A stretch of DNA of 64,000 bases from a virus. Lineage: Duplodnaviria; Caudoviricetes. Made by a program: the position numbers and the translations under genes. Location of the stretch: the IMG/VR virus record IMGVR_UViG_3300023273_000812, positions 37,750 to 101,749 of that record; one strand, 5' to 3'. The notes beneath the pieces are model-generated. The model saw nothing but the letters and a program-made list of their open reading frames with translations. It did no database searches and was not told where the DNA came from. Below, in pieces: positions 29,536 to 38,413 of this stretch (position 1 is the first letter of the stretch; every line of letters starts with the position of its first letter).

Positions 29536-31488
29536 ATGAGTAATAGACATTTAGTAAGGTTGGCTGTTAGGTCTGTAATGAGTAAAGGTGAACTAGTTAA
29601 TGTAATTAATACAGAAACTGGTAAGGCTACCCAAGTAACCAAAGAGACTTTAAAATCAGATCCTTCCAAGTACAAGGAAGTTAAAGAGGAAGATTCTTCT
29701 AAGGACAAAGAAACTGAAAGTAAAAGTACTGAAAATGTAGAAACACCTAAACCTTCTAAAGAGGACTTAAAGAAACAGTATCCTAATGTACCTGACAATA
29801 TAATGCAGGAAGCCATAGATAACTACAACACTGAGGATCTTAAAGAGTTCTTAGAAGAAGAAGAGAAGTTGGTTCAAAAACAAAAAGAACAAGTTAAACA
29901 ACAAAAGAGACAACAAAGGGAACAGTCTAAACCTAAATTAAATGATGTGTCCCAACAGTTAAAACAAAAGAGAGAACAAGACCAAAAGGAAAAGGACCGA
30001 CAAGAGCGTGGCCAAAAGCCCCCTTCACAAGACGCGGTTAGGGAACAAATTAAACAGTCTGGGTTAGAAACATTTAATAACTTTAAAGATGCGGACTTAG
30101 ATTCTATACAAAGTCAAGTGTCCAGTATGGAAAGTTACTTAAGTAACTTAGGAAAAGACCCAGACGCCTCTGATGAAGAAAAAGCCGAGGCAATGGCAAA
30201 CTTAGGTGCTTTACGCGTTTTAGAAACAGTAAAAGCAGGTGAGGAGGCTACAGGTATTGGAACAGCGGCTTCTATGATGGTTAATCAGGCTGTAAACTCT
30301 GGGAACGAAGACTTAATCGGTAAGTTTATTATGTCTGACTTGTACGGAGGTCAGGCACAAGAAGCCTCCGTAGCCACACAAGCCGCTTATAGAGATACTT
30401 TAGATACTATTCCTACTAACGACTTAATGCATATCTTACCAGAAGATCATCCTGGTAGAGAGTTAGCTAAAATGTTGTCTGATGTGTCCAAAAACGGTCC
30501 TGCTAGATTTCTTAATGAAAAGGATAAAGCCGAGATAGGTGAGTGGCTTAAAGATATGTTACAGGCTGAAGCCAGTTTTATGGACCCCGCCTTATCTGGA
30601 CCAGATAAAACTGTAGGAGAAGCCAAAGTAGAAGCCAGTAAAGTTTACGGCGAGATTCAAGACGCGGACTTAGGGGGTTCTAAGGATCGTTCACAGTTTA
30701 AGATAAGAACCAAGTCCTTAGTACAAAACTTTATAGATAAGGCTACAAGTTTTGTTAGAGATATACAAGGGGACCCTATTTTAACAAGTGAAGATTATGT
30801 GAGAGAGTTAGAACGTAAACAAAAAGAGTTAGAAGCGGAAAGGGCTAAAGCCTTAGCAGAGTTAGAAAAGAAGAATGAAGAGATGAGTACACAAAATAAA
30901 AAATCCAGTATAAGTAAAAATAAATCAATACCTTCTCTATATCGTAGACCTATTAGTAGTGATCACTTTAACTTAATGTCTATAGATAGAACAATGACCA
31001 GAAAAGTAGCAGAAAACTTTGTTAATTACCAAGAGAGAGCCAATCAGTTTACAGTAGGTGACACTGTAACTGTTTATGGGTATCGTAAAGATTTCGCTGG
31101 TCGTGTTACAGGTGTTTACCCAGGTATCGGAATGGTTGATGTGGAATTTCCACAAGGTAATAAAAGGTATCCTGTAGAGCAGTTACAGTTGTTTAGTAGT
31201 AATGGTAATGTAGAACCTCCTTTAACACAAAGTGGTCGTGTTGCTATGACTAAAAGAGTTGCTTTATATTGGGCAGATAAAAATAGACAATACCGAATGA
31301 ACAAAAATGAGATCTCAAGTGGTAAGGCTTACTGTCCAAGATGTGGACAAGACCATCTTTTAAGTCCTACTAACTATAAGATGAGAGATGGTGTTAGAGA
31401 GCGTTTATTAGGTTGTGGAAACTGTTTATTCTTAGTAAAGGACTTAGACATTTTAAATAGTCCTTTTAAAGAAACAGACTGGGAGTAA
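29536..31488 (+). CDS. large head-module protein (probable fusion of two genes)
   Basis: Charged coiled-coil N-terminal part; C-terminal SH3-like domain plus CPRC...CGNC zinc ribbon; internal promoter-like motif at 30927. Confidence 0.65.
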   Translation: MSNRHLVRLAVRSVMSKGELVNVINTETGKATQVTKETLKSDPSKYKEVKEEDSSKDKETESKSTENVETPKPSKEDLKKQYPNVPDNIMQEAIDNYNTEDLKEFLEEEEKLVQKQKEQVKQQKRQQREQSKPKLNDVSQQLKQKREQDQKEKDRQERGQKPPSQDAVREQIKQSGLETFNNFKDADLDSIQSQVSSMESYLSNLGKDPDASDEEKAEAMANLGALRVLETVKAGEEATGIGTAASMMVNQAVNSGNEDLIGKFIMSDLYGGQAQEASVATQAAYRDTLDTIPTNDLMHILPEDHPGRELAKMLSDVSKNGPARFLNEKDKAEIGEWLKDMLQAEASFMDPALSGPDKTVGEAKVEASKVYGEIQDADLGGSKDRSQFKIRTKSLVQNFIDKATSFVRDIQGDPILTSEDYVRELERKQKELEAERAKALAELEKKNEEMSTQNKKSSISKNKSIPSLYRRPISSDHFNLMSIDRTMTRKVAENFVNYQERANQFTVGDTVTVYGYRKDFAGRVTGVYPGIGMVDVEFPQGNKRYPVEQLQLFSSNGNVEPPLTQSGRVAMTKRVALYWADKNRQYRMNKNEISSGKAYCPRCGQDHLLSPTNYKMRDGVRERLLGCGNCLFLVKDLDILNSPFKETDWE

Positions 31489-31493
31489 ATAAT

Positions 31494-32882
31494 ATGGCGT
31501 TCCTTAAGAAAGCAAATGCTGTTGTAGTACATCCTCGTATTAATACTCAAAACTGGTCTAACATTAGAACGGCTAGTGGTAATGGTTCTAACTTTACTAC
31601 ACAAGCAAAAGACATTTTAGGTGGTGATATAGATCCTAATAAGTACTTGTTTACACATTGTACTATTGTTGCTAGTGTAGATACAGATACTGTACCTGGT
31701 GTTAAAACAGGTTCCAAGGTCGTAGAAGGTAATAAGACTATTCAAAGACCTTACGCGGATTACTATATTAAACCACAATGTTCACAGTTTGTTAATAACA
31801 ACGGGGACAGTTGGTCTAGAGAAGTTTTATTAGCCTCCTACAGAAGTTTTATTGGAGCACATAACTTTCAAGAGCATGTTCAAATAGAAGAACAGTCTAA
31901 AGGTCGTATTATTGACGCAGTGGCTAGAGACATTGGGGATAGTGTATACATTGACATCCTTGTGGCCACAGATAGAAAACACGCTCAGTTAGTAAGTGAC
32001 ATTGAAAATGGAAACCTTACTACATTATCTATGGGTTGTACGACAGAGTTTACTATTTGTTCTCAGTGCGGAAACTTGGCTGTAGACGAACCACAATTGT
32101 GTGACCATATTAAGTACAGTAAACTTAATACTTTTATGGACGAGAGTGGACAGAAAAGAGTTGTAGCAGAGTTATGTGGACATAAAGATTACAGTACTAA
32201 TGGTGGTGTAAACTTTATAGAGGCTTCTTGGGTTGGTGTACCTGCGTTTACAGGCGCTGTAATGAGGAACATTATTACACCAGAGTCTATTCCAGTACAA
32301 GCCACACAAGTTTTAAATACTGTCCCCACACAATGGGATAATACACAATCTTTAAAAGCCGCAAGTTATGAAATGTTTAGACATGCTGAAGAAGGGGATG
32401 AGGTTGTAGAAGAAACACCAGTCCCTAGTAGTTCTTTTAAAGATTTAGAAGACGAGATGTACAACAGTATTAAAACCAGAGTACAAGATCGTATTAAACA
32501 AGAGTTGGAAAACTCTAATGTTAACTTACCTCCAGCAGATGGTCCTAATGACTCTATTATTAAAGAGGGTTCTAAAGTAAAACAGGCACAAACTATTTAT
32601 AAAGTTGCTATGGGTACTTTAGTAAAGACTAGTCAGGATCACTTTGATGTTGTAAGGGGTGTAAGTAAAGTTAATGAAAGTTTTGGTATTTACTTACCTC
32701 AAAGTTTATATGTGGCTGCTATTAAGTTAGGTTCTGTTCGAAAATACGGGAGTATTAATGAATACAGAAAAGCCTTAACAAAGGTAGCAACCTCTAATCG
32801 TTTTAATGCTGTTGGTATCCGAATGTTAGTTCGTATTGGCACATTACTATCCCAGTGGGAATCTTTTAACAATAAACAATAA
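31494..32882 (+). CDS. prohead (maturation) protease
   Basis: HK97/herpes-type motifs N.NGD, F.EH, G.IID, LSMGC (Ser), F.EASWV..PAF; immediately upstream of scaffold and capsid genes. Confidence 0.8.
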   Translation: MAFLKKANAVVVHPRINTQNWSNIRTASGNGSNFTTQAKDILGGDIDPNKYLFTHCTIVASVDTDTVPGVKTGSKVVEGNKTIQRPYADYYIKPQCSQFVNNNGDSWSREVLLASYRSFIGAHNFQEHVQIEEQSKGRIIDAVARDIGDSVYIDILVATDRKHAQLVSDIENGNLTTLSMGCTTEFTICSQCGNLAVDEPQLCDHIKYSKLNTFMDESGQKRVVAELCGHKDYSTNGGVNFIEASWVGVPAFTGAVMRNIITPESIPVQATQVLNTVPTQWDNTQSLKAASYEMFRHAEEGDEVVEETPVPSSSFKDLEDEMYNSIKTRVQDRIKQELENSNVNLPPADGPNDSIIKEGSKVKQAQTIYKVAMGTLVKTSQDHFDVVRGVSKVNESFGIYLPQSLYVAAIKLGSVRKYGSINEYRKALTKVATSNRFNAVGIRMLVRIGTLLSQWESFNNKQ

Positions 32883-32895
32883 ACAGGAGTCTAAA

Positions 32896-34416
32896 ATGAG
32901 ACGACGATCTTTTAGAAACCGCTCAGTTATGAGCAACTCCCGCACAGCAAACACCGCTAGACGGGATAGTTCTTTTGGTTCTAACACTGAAAGAAAAGCC
33001 AAGTTAACTCGTAGACAAGCTTTAAGAAGACTTGAAGCCTTGTCCTCTTTGCCAGAAGGTGAAATGGATCACCCAGCAGCACAAGCACAACCTGCTTTCA
33101 ACAAGTATGAAAAAGGTGACACTTCTGCTTGGGGTGAAGATGTACACTCTGGTCCTTACACCAATGGTGAACACCCAGCAACACCAGATGAAGGTCCTTC
33201 ACATCCAGCATACAAGTCGGCTCGTGAAATGGCTCGTTTGGAGCGCAAGGCTTCTAAGTGTGTTCGTATCGCAGAACTTACATTAGGTAGAACAGCCTCT
33301 GCTAGACAAATTGAAAACAAAGCTTTGTCTTTAATGGATACTCCTGATGCTATTCTTAACCGTCGTTTAAATCGTTTGGCTTCTATGGAAGAAAAAATGG
33401 AACACGAAATGATGGAAGAGTCCATGCAAGAAAAGATGGAATGGATGGATGGACAGATGGAAGAAGCCATGGAAGAAAGTGAAATGGTAGAAAGCATGAA
33501 GTCCGCACAATTGTTAAAGCGTTTGGCTGGTCTTGAGTCTAAACTTGTTAAGTTAGCCGAAGAAGAAGAAAAGGCTGAAGAACAAGTAGAAGAGTCTAAA
33601 GAGGAATCTAAGGAAGAATCTAAGGAAGAATCTAAAGAGGAAGCCAAGAAAAAAGCATCCTTGCTTCGTAGATTGTCTTTCTTAGAGCGTAAGTTAAAAA
33701 GACTTGCTGCTGAAGAAGAGGCAATGGAAGAAGAAGCGGAAGAAAAGCCTGAAGAGTCTAAAAAGAAAGCCCGTTTGTTAGCCATGCGTCGTAGAAGAGC
33801 CGCAGAGGAAATGGAAGAATCTAAAGAGGAATCTAAAGAGGAATCTAAAGAGGAATCTAAAGAGGAATCTAAAGAAGAAGCCAAGAAAAAAGCTTTTGCT
33901 AACTTGACTCGTACACAAAAACAAGCAATGTTCGAGTTCATGATGGACATGATGGGTGAAGACTTCGCTCCTGTAGTTGAAGAAGAAATTGTTGAAGAAG
34001 CAATGTCTCCTGAAATGGCTGAAATGATGGAAGCCGAAATGATGGAAGACCAAGCTTTGGAAATGATGTCTGACCTTGACGACCCAATGGGTGTAATGGA
34101 TGAGTCTATGTCTGATGCTGAAATGATGATCCTTTCACGCTTGTTTGGTAAGAACGCAGAAGATGCTGAAAAGAAAAAAGAAGACGAAGAAAAAGCTGAG
34201 TCTGAAGCGGCGGAAACTGTACAAGAGGAAGTAGAAGAAGAAGCCAAAGAAGAAAAGAAAGAAGAGTCTAAAAAGAAAGCCTCTTTAAGACCACAACCTA
34301 AGAAGGCTGCTACTGGAGCCACTAGATTGGGTGGTGTATCTAAAGAAGCCTCTGATGATCTTTCTGACTTGTCTAAACTTTGGGCATCTGCTCCTGACAT
34401 TCGTCGTTTCTTCTAA
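32896..34416 (+). CDS. capsid scaffold protein
   Basis: AGGAG RBS before ATG 32896; very E/K/M/A-rich coiled coil between protease and capsid genes; C-terminal LSKLWASAPDIRRFF. Confidence 0.75.
   Translation: MRRRSFRNRSVMSNSRTANTARRDSSFGSNTERKAKLTRRQALRRLEALSSLPEGEMDHPAAQAQPAFNKYEKGDTSAWGEDVHSGPYTNGEHPATPDEGPSHPAYKSAREMARLERKASKCVRIAELTLGRTASARQIENKALSLMDTPDAILNRRLNRLASMEEKMEHEMMEESMQEKMEWMDGQMEEAMEESEMVESMKSAQLLKRLAGLESKLVKLAEEEEKAEEQVEESKEESKEESKEESKEEAKKKASLLRRLSFLERKLKRLAAEEEAMEEEAEEKPEESKKKARLLAMRRRRAAEEMEESKEESKEESKEESKEESKEEAKKKAFANLTRTQKQAMFEFMMDMMGEDFAPVVEEEIVEEAMSPEMAEMMEAEMMEDQALEMMSDLDDPMGVMDESMSDAEMMILSRLFGKNAEDAEKKKEDEEKAESEAAETVQEEVEEEAKEEKKEESKKKASLRPQPKKAATGATRLGGVSKEASDDLSDLSKLWASAPDIRRFF
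33589..33636 (+). repeat. 12-bp tandem repeat (EESK x4)
   Basis: GARGARTCTAAR units. Confidence 0.85.
33814..33873 (+). repeat. 12-bp tandem repeat (EESK x5)
   Basis: GARGAATCTAAA units. Confidence 0.85.
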
Positions 34417-34439
34417 TCTTAGATTAGTTTAAACAAACT

Positions 34440-34467
34440 AAGGGTGGTTTTAAAACCACCCTTTTTT
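34440..34467 (+). terminator. intrinsic terminator after scaffold
   Basis: AAGGGTGGTTTT/AAAACCACCCTT plus T-run. Confidence 0.8.
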
Positions 34468-34482
34468 ATTATAAAAAACTAC

Positions 34483-34497
34483 AATACTTAGTTTATA
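34483..34497 (+). promoter_or_regulatory. putative late promoter motif AATA-N5-TTTATA (representative copy)
   Basis: AATACTTAGTTTATA upstream of the decoration/MCP operon; about 16 copies in the window (see findings). Confidence 0.65.
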
Positions 34498-34593
34498 CCT
34501 TTAACTTATATGTAGGGCACATAGTGTGTTCCTACTTGACTTTCATAATCAACCCTCACTGGTAAACAGTGAGTTAAAGCATAAGGAGTAATT

Positions 34594-35256
34594 ATGCCTT
34601 TACTTGGACAAGCGAGCGGTGGATTTACTGAGAGTTCATCTGCGTTGAGAATCCTTCACGTCGGTATTCGTAATACTGTGGGAATCTTGACTGACGATGC
34701 GTTCACTCAGACCAATCCTCCTCAAACAGCAACTGGTGTTGCTACTATCTCACAATCAATCGGACTTGATACTGCTGTATTGGGTGTTCTGAGTGGTTCT
34801 ATTGCATTTGCTAGACCAGACGCTGGATCAAACTACATTGGTGGTCCTTCTGATGGTGCTACAAACGCAGCATTCCAAGCACCTTTGGGTCTTTTCATTA
34901 ACAACGCTGTTGGAAACGCCTTTGAAAACACACCTGGTATCGCATCAGGAAAAGGACCTTATGTTTCTGGACAAGGTACTTACGCTTCTTCATTGTACGA
35001 AACTCGTATCTTAGTAGCTACTGGTGGTTTATCTGCTGGTGATGACATTACTTTTGTTGTTGGACAAGAGTTAATGGCTTCTTTGAATGGTTACTTAATG
35101 CCTCGTTTTGACGGTGCAACTGGTGTTCAACTTGACAACACTAATAACTCATTCGAATCTAAGAACTCTGCTAAGCAAGGAACTACCACTATTGGTATCC
35201 TTAAAATGCCTGCAGATTCTGTACAACAAGAAATCGTATTCGACCAACGAATCTAA
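34594..35256 (+). CDS. capsid decoration/cement protein (putative)
   Basis: Immediately upstream of MCP, strong RBS, G/A/T-rich beta protein, MCP-like codon usage. Confidence 0.6.
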   Translation: MPLLGQASGGFTESSSALRILHVGIRNTVGILTDDAFTQTNPPQTATGVATISQSIGLDTAVLGVLSGSIAFARPDAGSNYIGGPSDGATNAAFQAPLGLFINNAVGNAFENTPGIASGKGPYVSGQGTYASSLYETRILVATGGLSAGDDITFVVGQELMASLNGYLMPRFDGATGVQLDNTNNSFESKNSAKQGTTTIGILKMPADSVQQEIVFDQRI

Positions 35257-35271
35257 TAGGAGGAAATAATA

Positions 35272-36147
35272 ATGTCCGTATCTAATTCCGTTAAGGCAAA
35301 GTTGATTTCCGATTATATTGGAACAGCTGGTGGCCGTGCTAAACTTGCAGCATCTATGACACAACCATTGCGTCTTCGTAGAGACTATATGGCTGTTGGT
35401 CGTAAAACCTTTTTGGTTGAGCAACTTCCAGATGGTGCATTACCAATCTATGACAAAGATCCTGATGTAACTGCTTATGTAGTTGGTGAAGAAGGTGAAA
35501 ACATCATCGCTGTTACTAAGCCTCGTCGTGTTATCTTCCCATTGTTCGAGATTGCTTCTAACCCTGAGATTCCTTTGACTCAAATCAAAGAGCGTCGTTT
35601 CGACTTGATTGAAAGAGCACAAGACTTGGCTCGTGGCCAAATCCAAGCAGCAGAAGACGAAAGAGTATTCGCTGTTCTTGATGCTATCGCTTCTGATGGT
35701 TTCGATTCAATTGCTGGTGGTGAAAACCCAGACATTCCTGTTGTTGCTCCTTTGAATGGTTCTGTATTGGCTGACGCCTTTGCACAAGTTGAAAGACATG
35801 ACTTGCGTGTTGCTCGTGTATTCATGAACGCTCGTGACTACGCTGACTTGCGTAAGTTCGGTCGTGACATCTTGGATCTTGAAACACAACGTGACTTGTT
35901 GAAGACTGGTTTGATGGGAACTCTTTGGGGTGCTCAAATCATTACTTCTCGTTTGGTTCCTGTAGGTACAGTTTATGTATGTTGTGAGCCTGAGATGTTT
36001 GGTCGTATTCCAGTTCGTACAGAGTTGACTGTATTGTCTGCTGACGATCCTAAAGCTCGTACAATCGGTTTCTCTTGTTTCGAAAACTTGGGAATCGGTG
36101 CTTACAACCCTAAAGGTTTGGCTCGTTTGTCAATCGTTCGTTCATAA
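35272..36147 (+). CDS. major capsid protein (HK97 fold)
   Basis: Follows protease-scaffold-decoration; AGGAGG RBS; P.FEIAS.P.I, I...ED..VF, V.MN..DY.DL, G.LWGAQII.S..VP.G.VY; strong terminator after. Confidence 0.85.
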   Translation: MSVSNSVKAKLISDYIGTAGGRAKLAASMTQPLRLRRDYMAVGRKTFLVEQLPDGALPIYDKDPDVTAYVVGEEGENIIAVTKPRRVIFPLFEIASNPEIPLTQIKERRFDLIERAQDLARGQIQAAEDERVFAVLDAIASDGFDSIAGGENPDIPVVAPLNGSVLADAFAQVERHDLRVARVFMNARDYADLRKFGRDILDLETQRDLLKTGLMGTLWGAQIITSRLVPVGTVYVCCEPEMFGRIPVRTELTVLSADDPKARTIGFSCFENLGIGAYNPKGLARLSIVRS

Positions 36148-36170
36148 TCTGAACATTAGGTTGTAAAAGT

Positions 36171-36204
36171 AAAGGGTTCTACTCAAAAGGTAGAACCCTT
36201 TTTT
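36171..36204 (+). terminator. intrinsic terminator after MCP
   Basis: AAAGGGTTCTAC-loop-GTAGAACCCTTT plus T-run. Confidence 0.85.
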
Positions 36205-36267
36205 GTTTAATACTCTATCAAAAACACTTGTGGTACAGTAATAAGGAATAAGGACTTCGAGGTTTAT

Positions 36268-36516
36268 GTGTATATAGGATTAAGTATATTGGTAGTTTTA
36301 CTTTGTAACTTTATTGTCTACAGAGTAAGTTTTTATTTGGGTATTAGAATAAGTACGGACTTTATGGTAGACGAGTTAGAAAATAACGGATACATCGTAG
36401 AGTTTCGTGAGGACCAGATAATAGTAACACCTAAGTATTCTATCGAATGGTATAAACAACGAAGACAAAAAGTACTTAACTTAGGGGCCAAATATGATAA
36501 TGAACATGAACATTAA
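36268..36516 (+). CDS. small membrane protein
   Basis: N-terminal hydrophobic helix. Confidence 0.5.
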   Translation: MYIGLSILVVLLCNFIVYRVSFYLGIRISTDFMVDELENNGYIVEFREDQIIVTPKYSIEWYKQRRQKVLNLGAKYDNEHEH

Positions 36517-36922
36517 AATTAAAACTGTACATCCAAAAGCCGTTATTCCAGTATATGCTAAACCTGGAGACGCAGGTTTAGACTTAACTTGTACAGAGGT
36601 TAGTGTACAAGATAACATAGTCACTTATAAAACAGGATTGTGTATGGAGATACCTGTTGGGTATGTTGGACTACTGTTTCCTCGTTCAAGTGTGTACAAA
36701 CACGAAATACAACTCTCTAATAGTGTTGGTGTAATAGACAGTGGGTACAGAGGTGAGATAATGTTAAAGTATCGTTTATTAAACGATGGAACCTTTTACA
36801 CAGAGGGTGAGAGAGTGGGCCAGATTTTAATACTACCTTATCCTAAGGTACAGTTCACACAAGTAGATAGTTTGTCCGAAAGTGATAGAGGAACTGGCGG
36901 GTATGGTAGTACAGGAAAATGA
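36494..36922 (+). CDS. dut: trimeric dUTPase
   Basis: All five motifs: AGLDL, PRSS, GVIDSGYRGEI, GERVGQ, RGTGGYGSTG. Confidence 0.95.
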   Translation: MIMNMNIKIKTVHPKAVIPVYAKPGDAGLDLTCTEVSVQDNIVTYKTGLCMEIPVGYVGLLFPRSSVYKHEIQLSNSVGVIDSGYRGEIMLKYRLLNDGTFYTEGERVGQILILPYPKVQFTQVDSLSESDRGTGGYGSTGK

Positions 36923-37116
36923 AAATAGTAGATAGTAATTTACCTATTGTGGGTACAAGGTTGTTTCATAGTGTAGAGAAGTGGTATGGTACAATCTACA
37001 GATGTAGAAGACAACGAAACAAACTTATAGGGTTTGTTTGGGTGTGTGATTCTTATAAGACAGTAGACATTACTAATTGTTTATGGGATAACGATAAACA
37101 ATACTGGGTTCTATAG
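36919..37116 (+). CDS. hypothetical protein
   Basis: ATGA overlap with dut. Confidence 0.5.
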   Translation: MKIVDSNLPIVGTRLFHSVEKWYGTIYRCRRQRNKLIGFVWVCDSYKTVDITNCLWDNDKQYWVL

Positions 37117-37512
37117 TACGAACTTTTTAAGGTCTTCTTCTGACCATGGGTGTTGTTCTAGTACTTTGTAATCGTGTAACAGTGTGTACACTTCTTTAAT
37201 ACACTTTTTACGAGAGTCAAAAGGACCTATTTCTGTGCCGTCTGGAGCACATATAAACCAACAATCATTACCCACAAAATAGATTTCCATTAAGTAGTCT
37301 ATCTCTTGTGGGTTAGTACAGGTTAAAGTTTTCATTCTGAGGTACTCTCTAAAGGTTGGAAATATAACCTTATTACCATCGTCGAAAAATAATGGTGGAG
37401 GTACAATCTTAACTTGATTTAACTTTTCAAGTCTGGATAGTTCTCTAAGAACACAAGCCAAATTATTTGTGTCCTTTAACATTGTAGCGATGGTGGTATA
37501 TCTTTCAGACAT
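37111..37512 (-). CDS. hypothetical protein
   Basis: GAGGA RBS; W....PDG.E.GPF.S motif. Confidence 0.6.
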   Translation of the reverse strand: MSERYTTIATMLKDTNNLACVLRELSRLEKLNQVKIVPPPLFFDDGNKVIFPTFREYLRMKTLTCTNPQEIDYLMEIYFVGNDCWFICAPDGTEIGPFDSRKKCIKEVYTLLHDYKVLEQHPWSEEDLKKFVL

Positions 37513-37587
37513 AATACTTCCTCTATAACAGTATATAGTAAACGGATAGGTTTATTATTTATTAAAAAATAAAAAAGAGATTAACAG

Positions 37588-38388
37588 ATGGCCGCTAGAA
37601 TCAGATCAACAGTAAACGGTATTAACCCCTTGGATGAACAAAGTAGGGAAGATGTTTCCATTGGGAATGTTGTTTCTGTTGTTTCCATAGATGGGGCTAC
37701 TACCTATAATTGGGAACTTTCCTTTGTCCCAGAAGGGTCTACAGCTACCTTTTCTGGTACAAGTACAGATGCTTCACCAGGTTCTTTTACTGTGGACTTA
37801 GAAGGACCTTACTTAGTAAAACTAACTACAGATACAGGTTTAATAACGGAATCTGTACAATATGTTCGTGTGAGAGTAATAACATCTTTGTTAGGGTTAA
37901 AACTTGTAGCCGGTGGGGAGCGTAGAGATCCTACTGGTATTATACCTATCGACATTGACATTGAGGGTTGGGCTAATGATCAGAATAGTAACTTACAAAA
38001 ACTAGAAGTAGCCTCTACCTCTATAACAAATACACCTATATGTTACTTAAACAAGTTAGTAGAGGGTCCTAATACTACTGTTACATATAGTGGTTGGGTA
38101 AATTATAACTGTAGTTTAACTAGTGTTACTGTTAAGATGGATACAGTAAACACACAAGGTAATTACACATTACAGGTAAGTAATGTGGGTACAGGTAATA
38201 CTTGTTTAAGTGGTTTGTTTGACATGAATACTTTGGTAGACGGTGTTGTAAGTATTGTACCTTTAACTAGTGTAGTTTCGGACTTGTCTTTTGTACCTCA
38301 AGGTTCTTGGACAATAGAGTTAGTATCAGATTCTATTAGTTTTGATGGGTCTGGTATTTATGTTCAGTTAAACTTCGAGGTTGTGTAG
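37588..38388 (+). CDS. virion structural protein with PKD/Ig-like domain
   Basis: TY.W.....P.GS...F....SP..F.VD.EG.Y.V.L PKD-like pattern; paralog of the next gene. Confidence 0.6.
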   Translation: MAARIRSTVNGINPLDEQSREDVSIGNVVSVVSIDGATTYNWELSFVPEGSTATFSGTSTDASPGSFTVDLEGPYLVKLTTDTGLITESVQYVRVRVITSLLGLKLVAGGERRDPTGIIPIDIDIEGWANDQNSNLQKLEVASTSITNTPICYLNKLVEGPNTTVTYSGWVNYNCSLTSVTVKMDTVNTQGNYTLQVSNVGTGNTCLSGLFDMNTLVDGVVSIVPLTSVVSDLSFVPQGSWTIELVSDSISFDGSGIYVQLNFEVV

Positions 38389-38413
38389 AGACACTAAGAG
38401 ATAAGGAAAAGTT

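Noticed and set aside
33156-34400. 414-aa Ser-rich ORF on the minus strand
   Set aside because: Antisense shadow of the Glu/Lys-rich scaffold gene; low-complexity codons lack reverse-strand stops
35272-36147. Cellular encapsulin operon
   Set aside because: Flanked by terminase, portal, protease and scaffold, so it is a phage capsid
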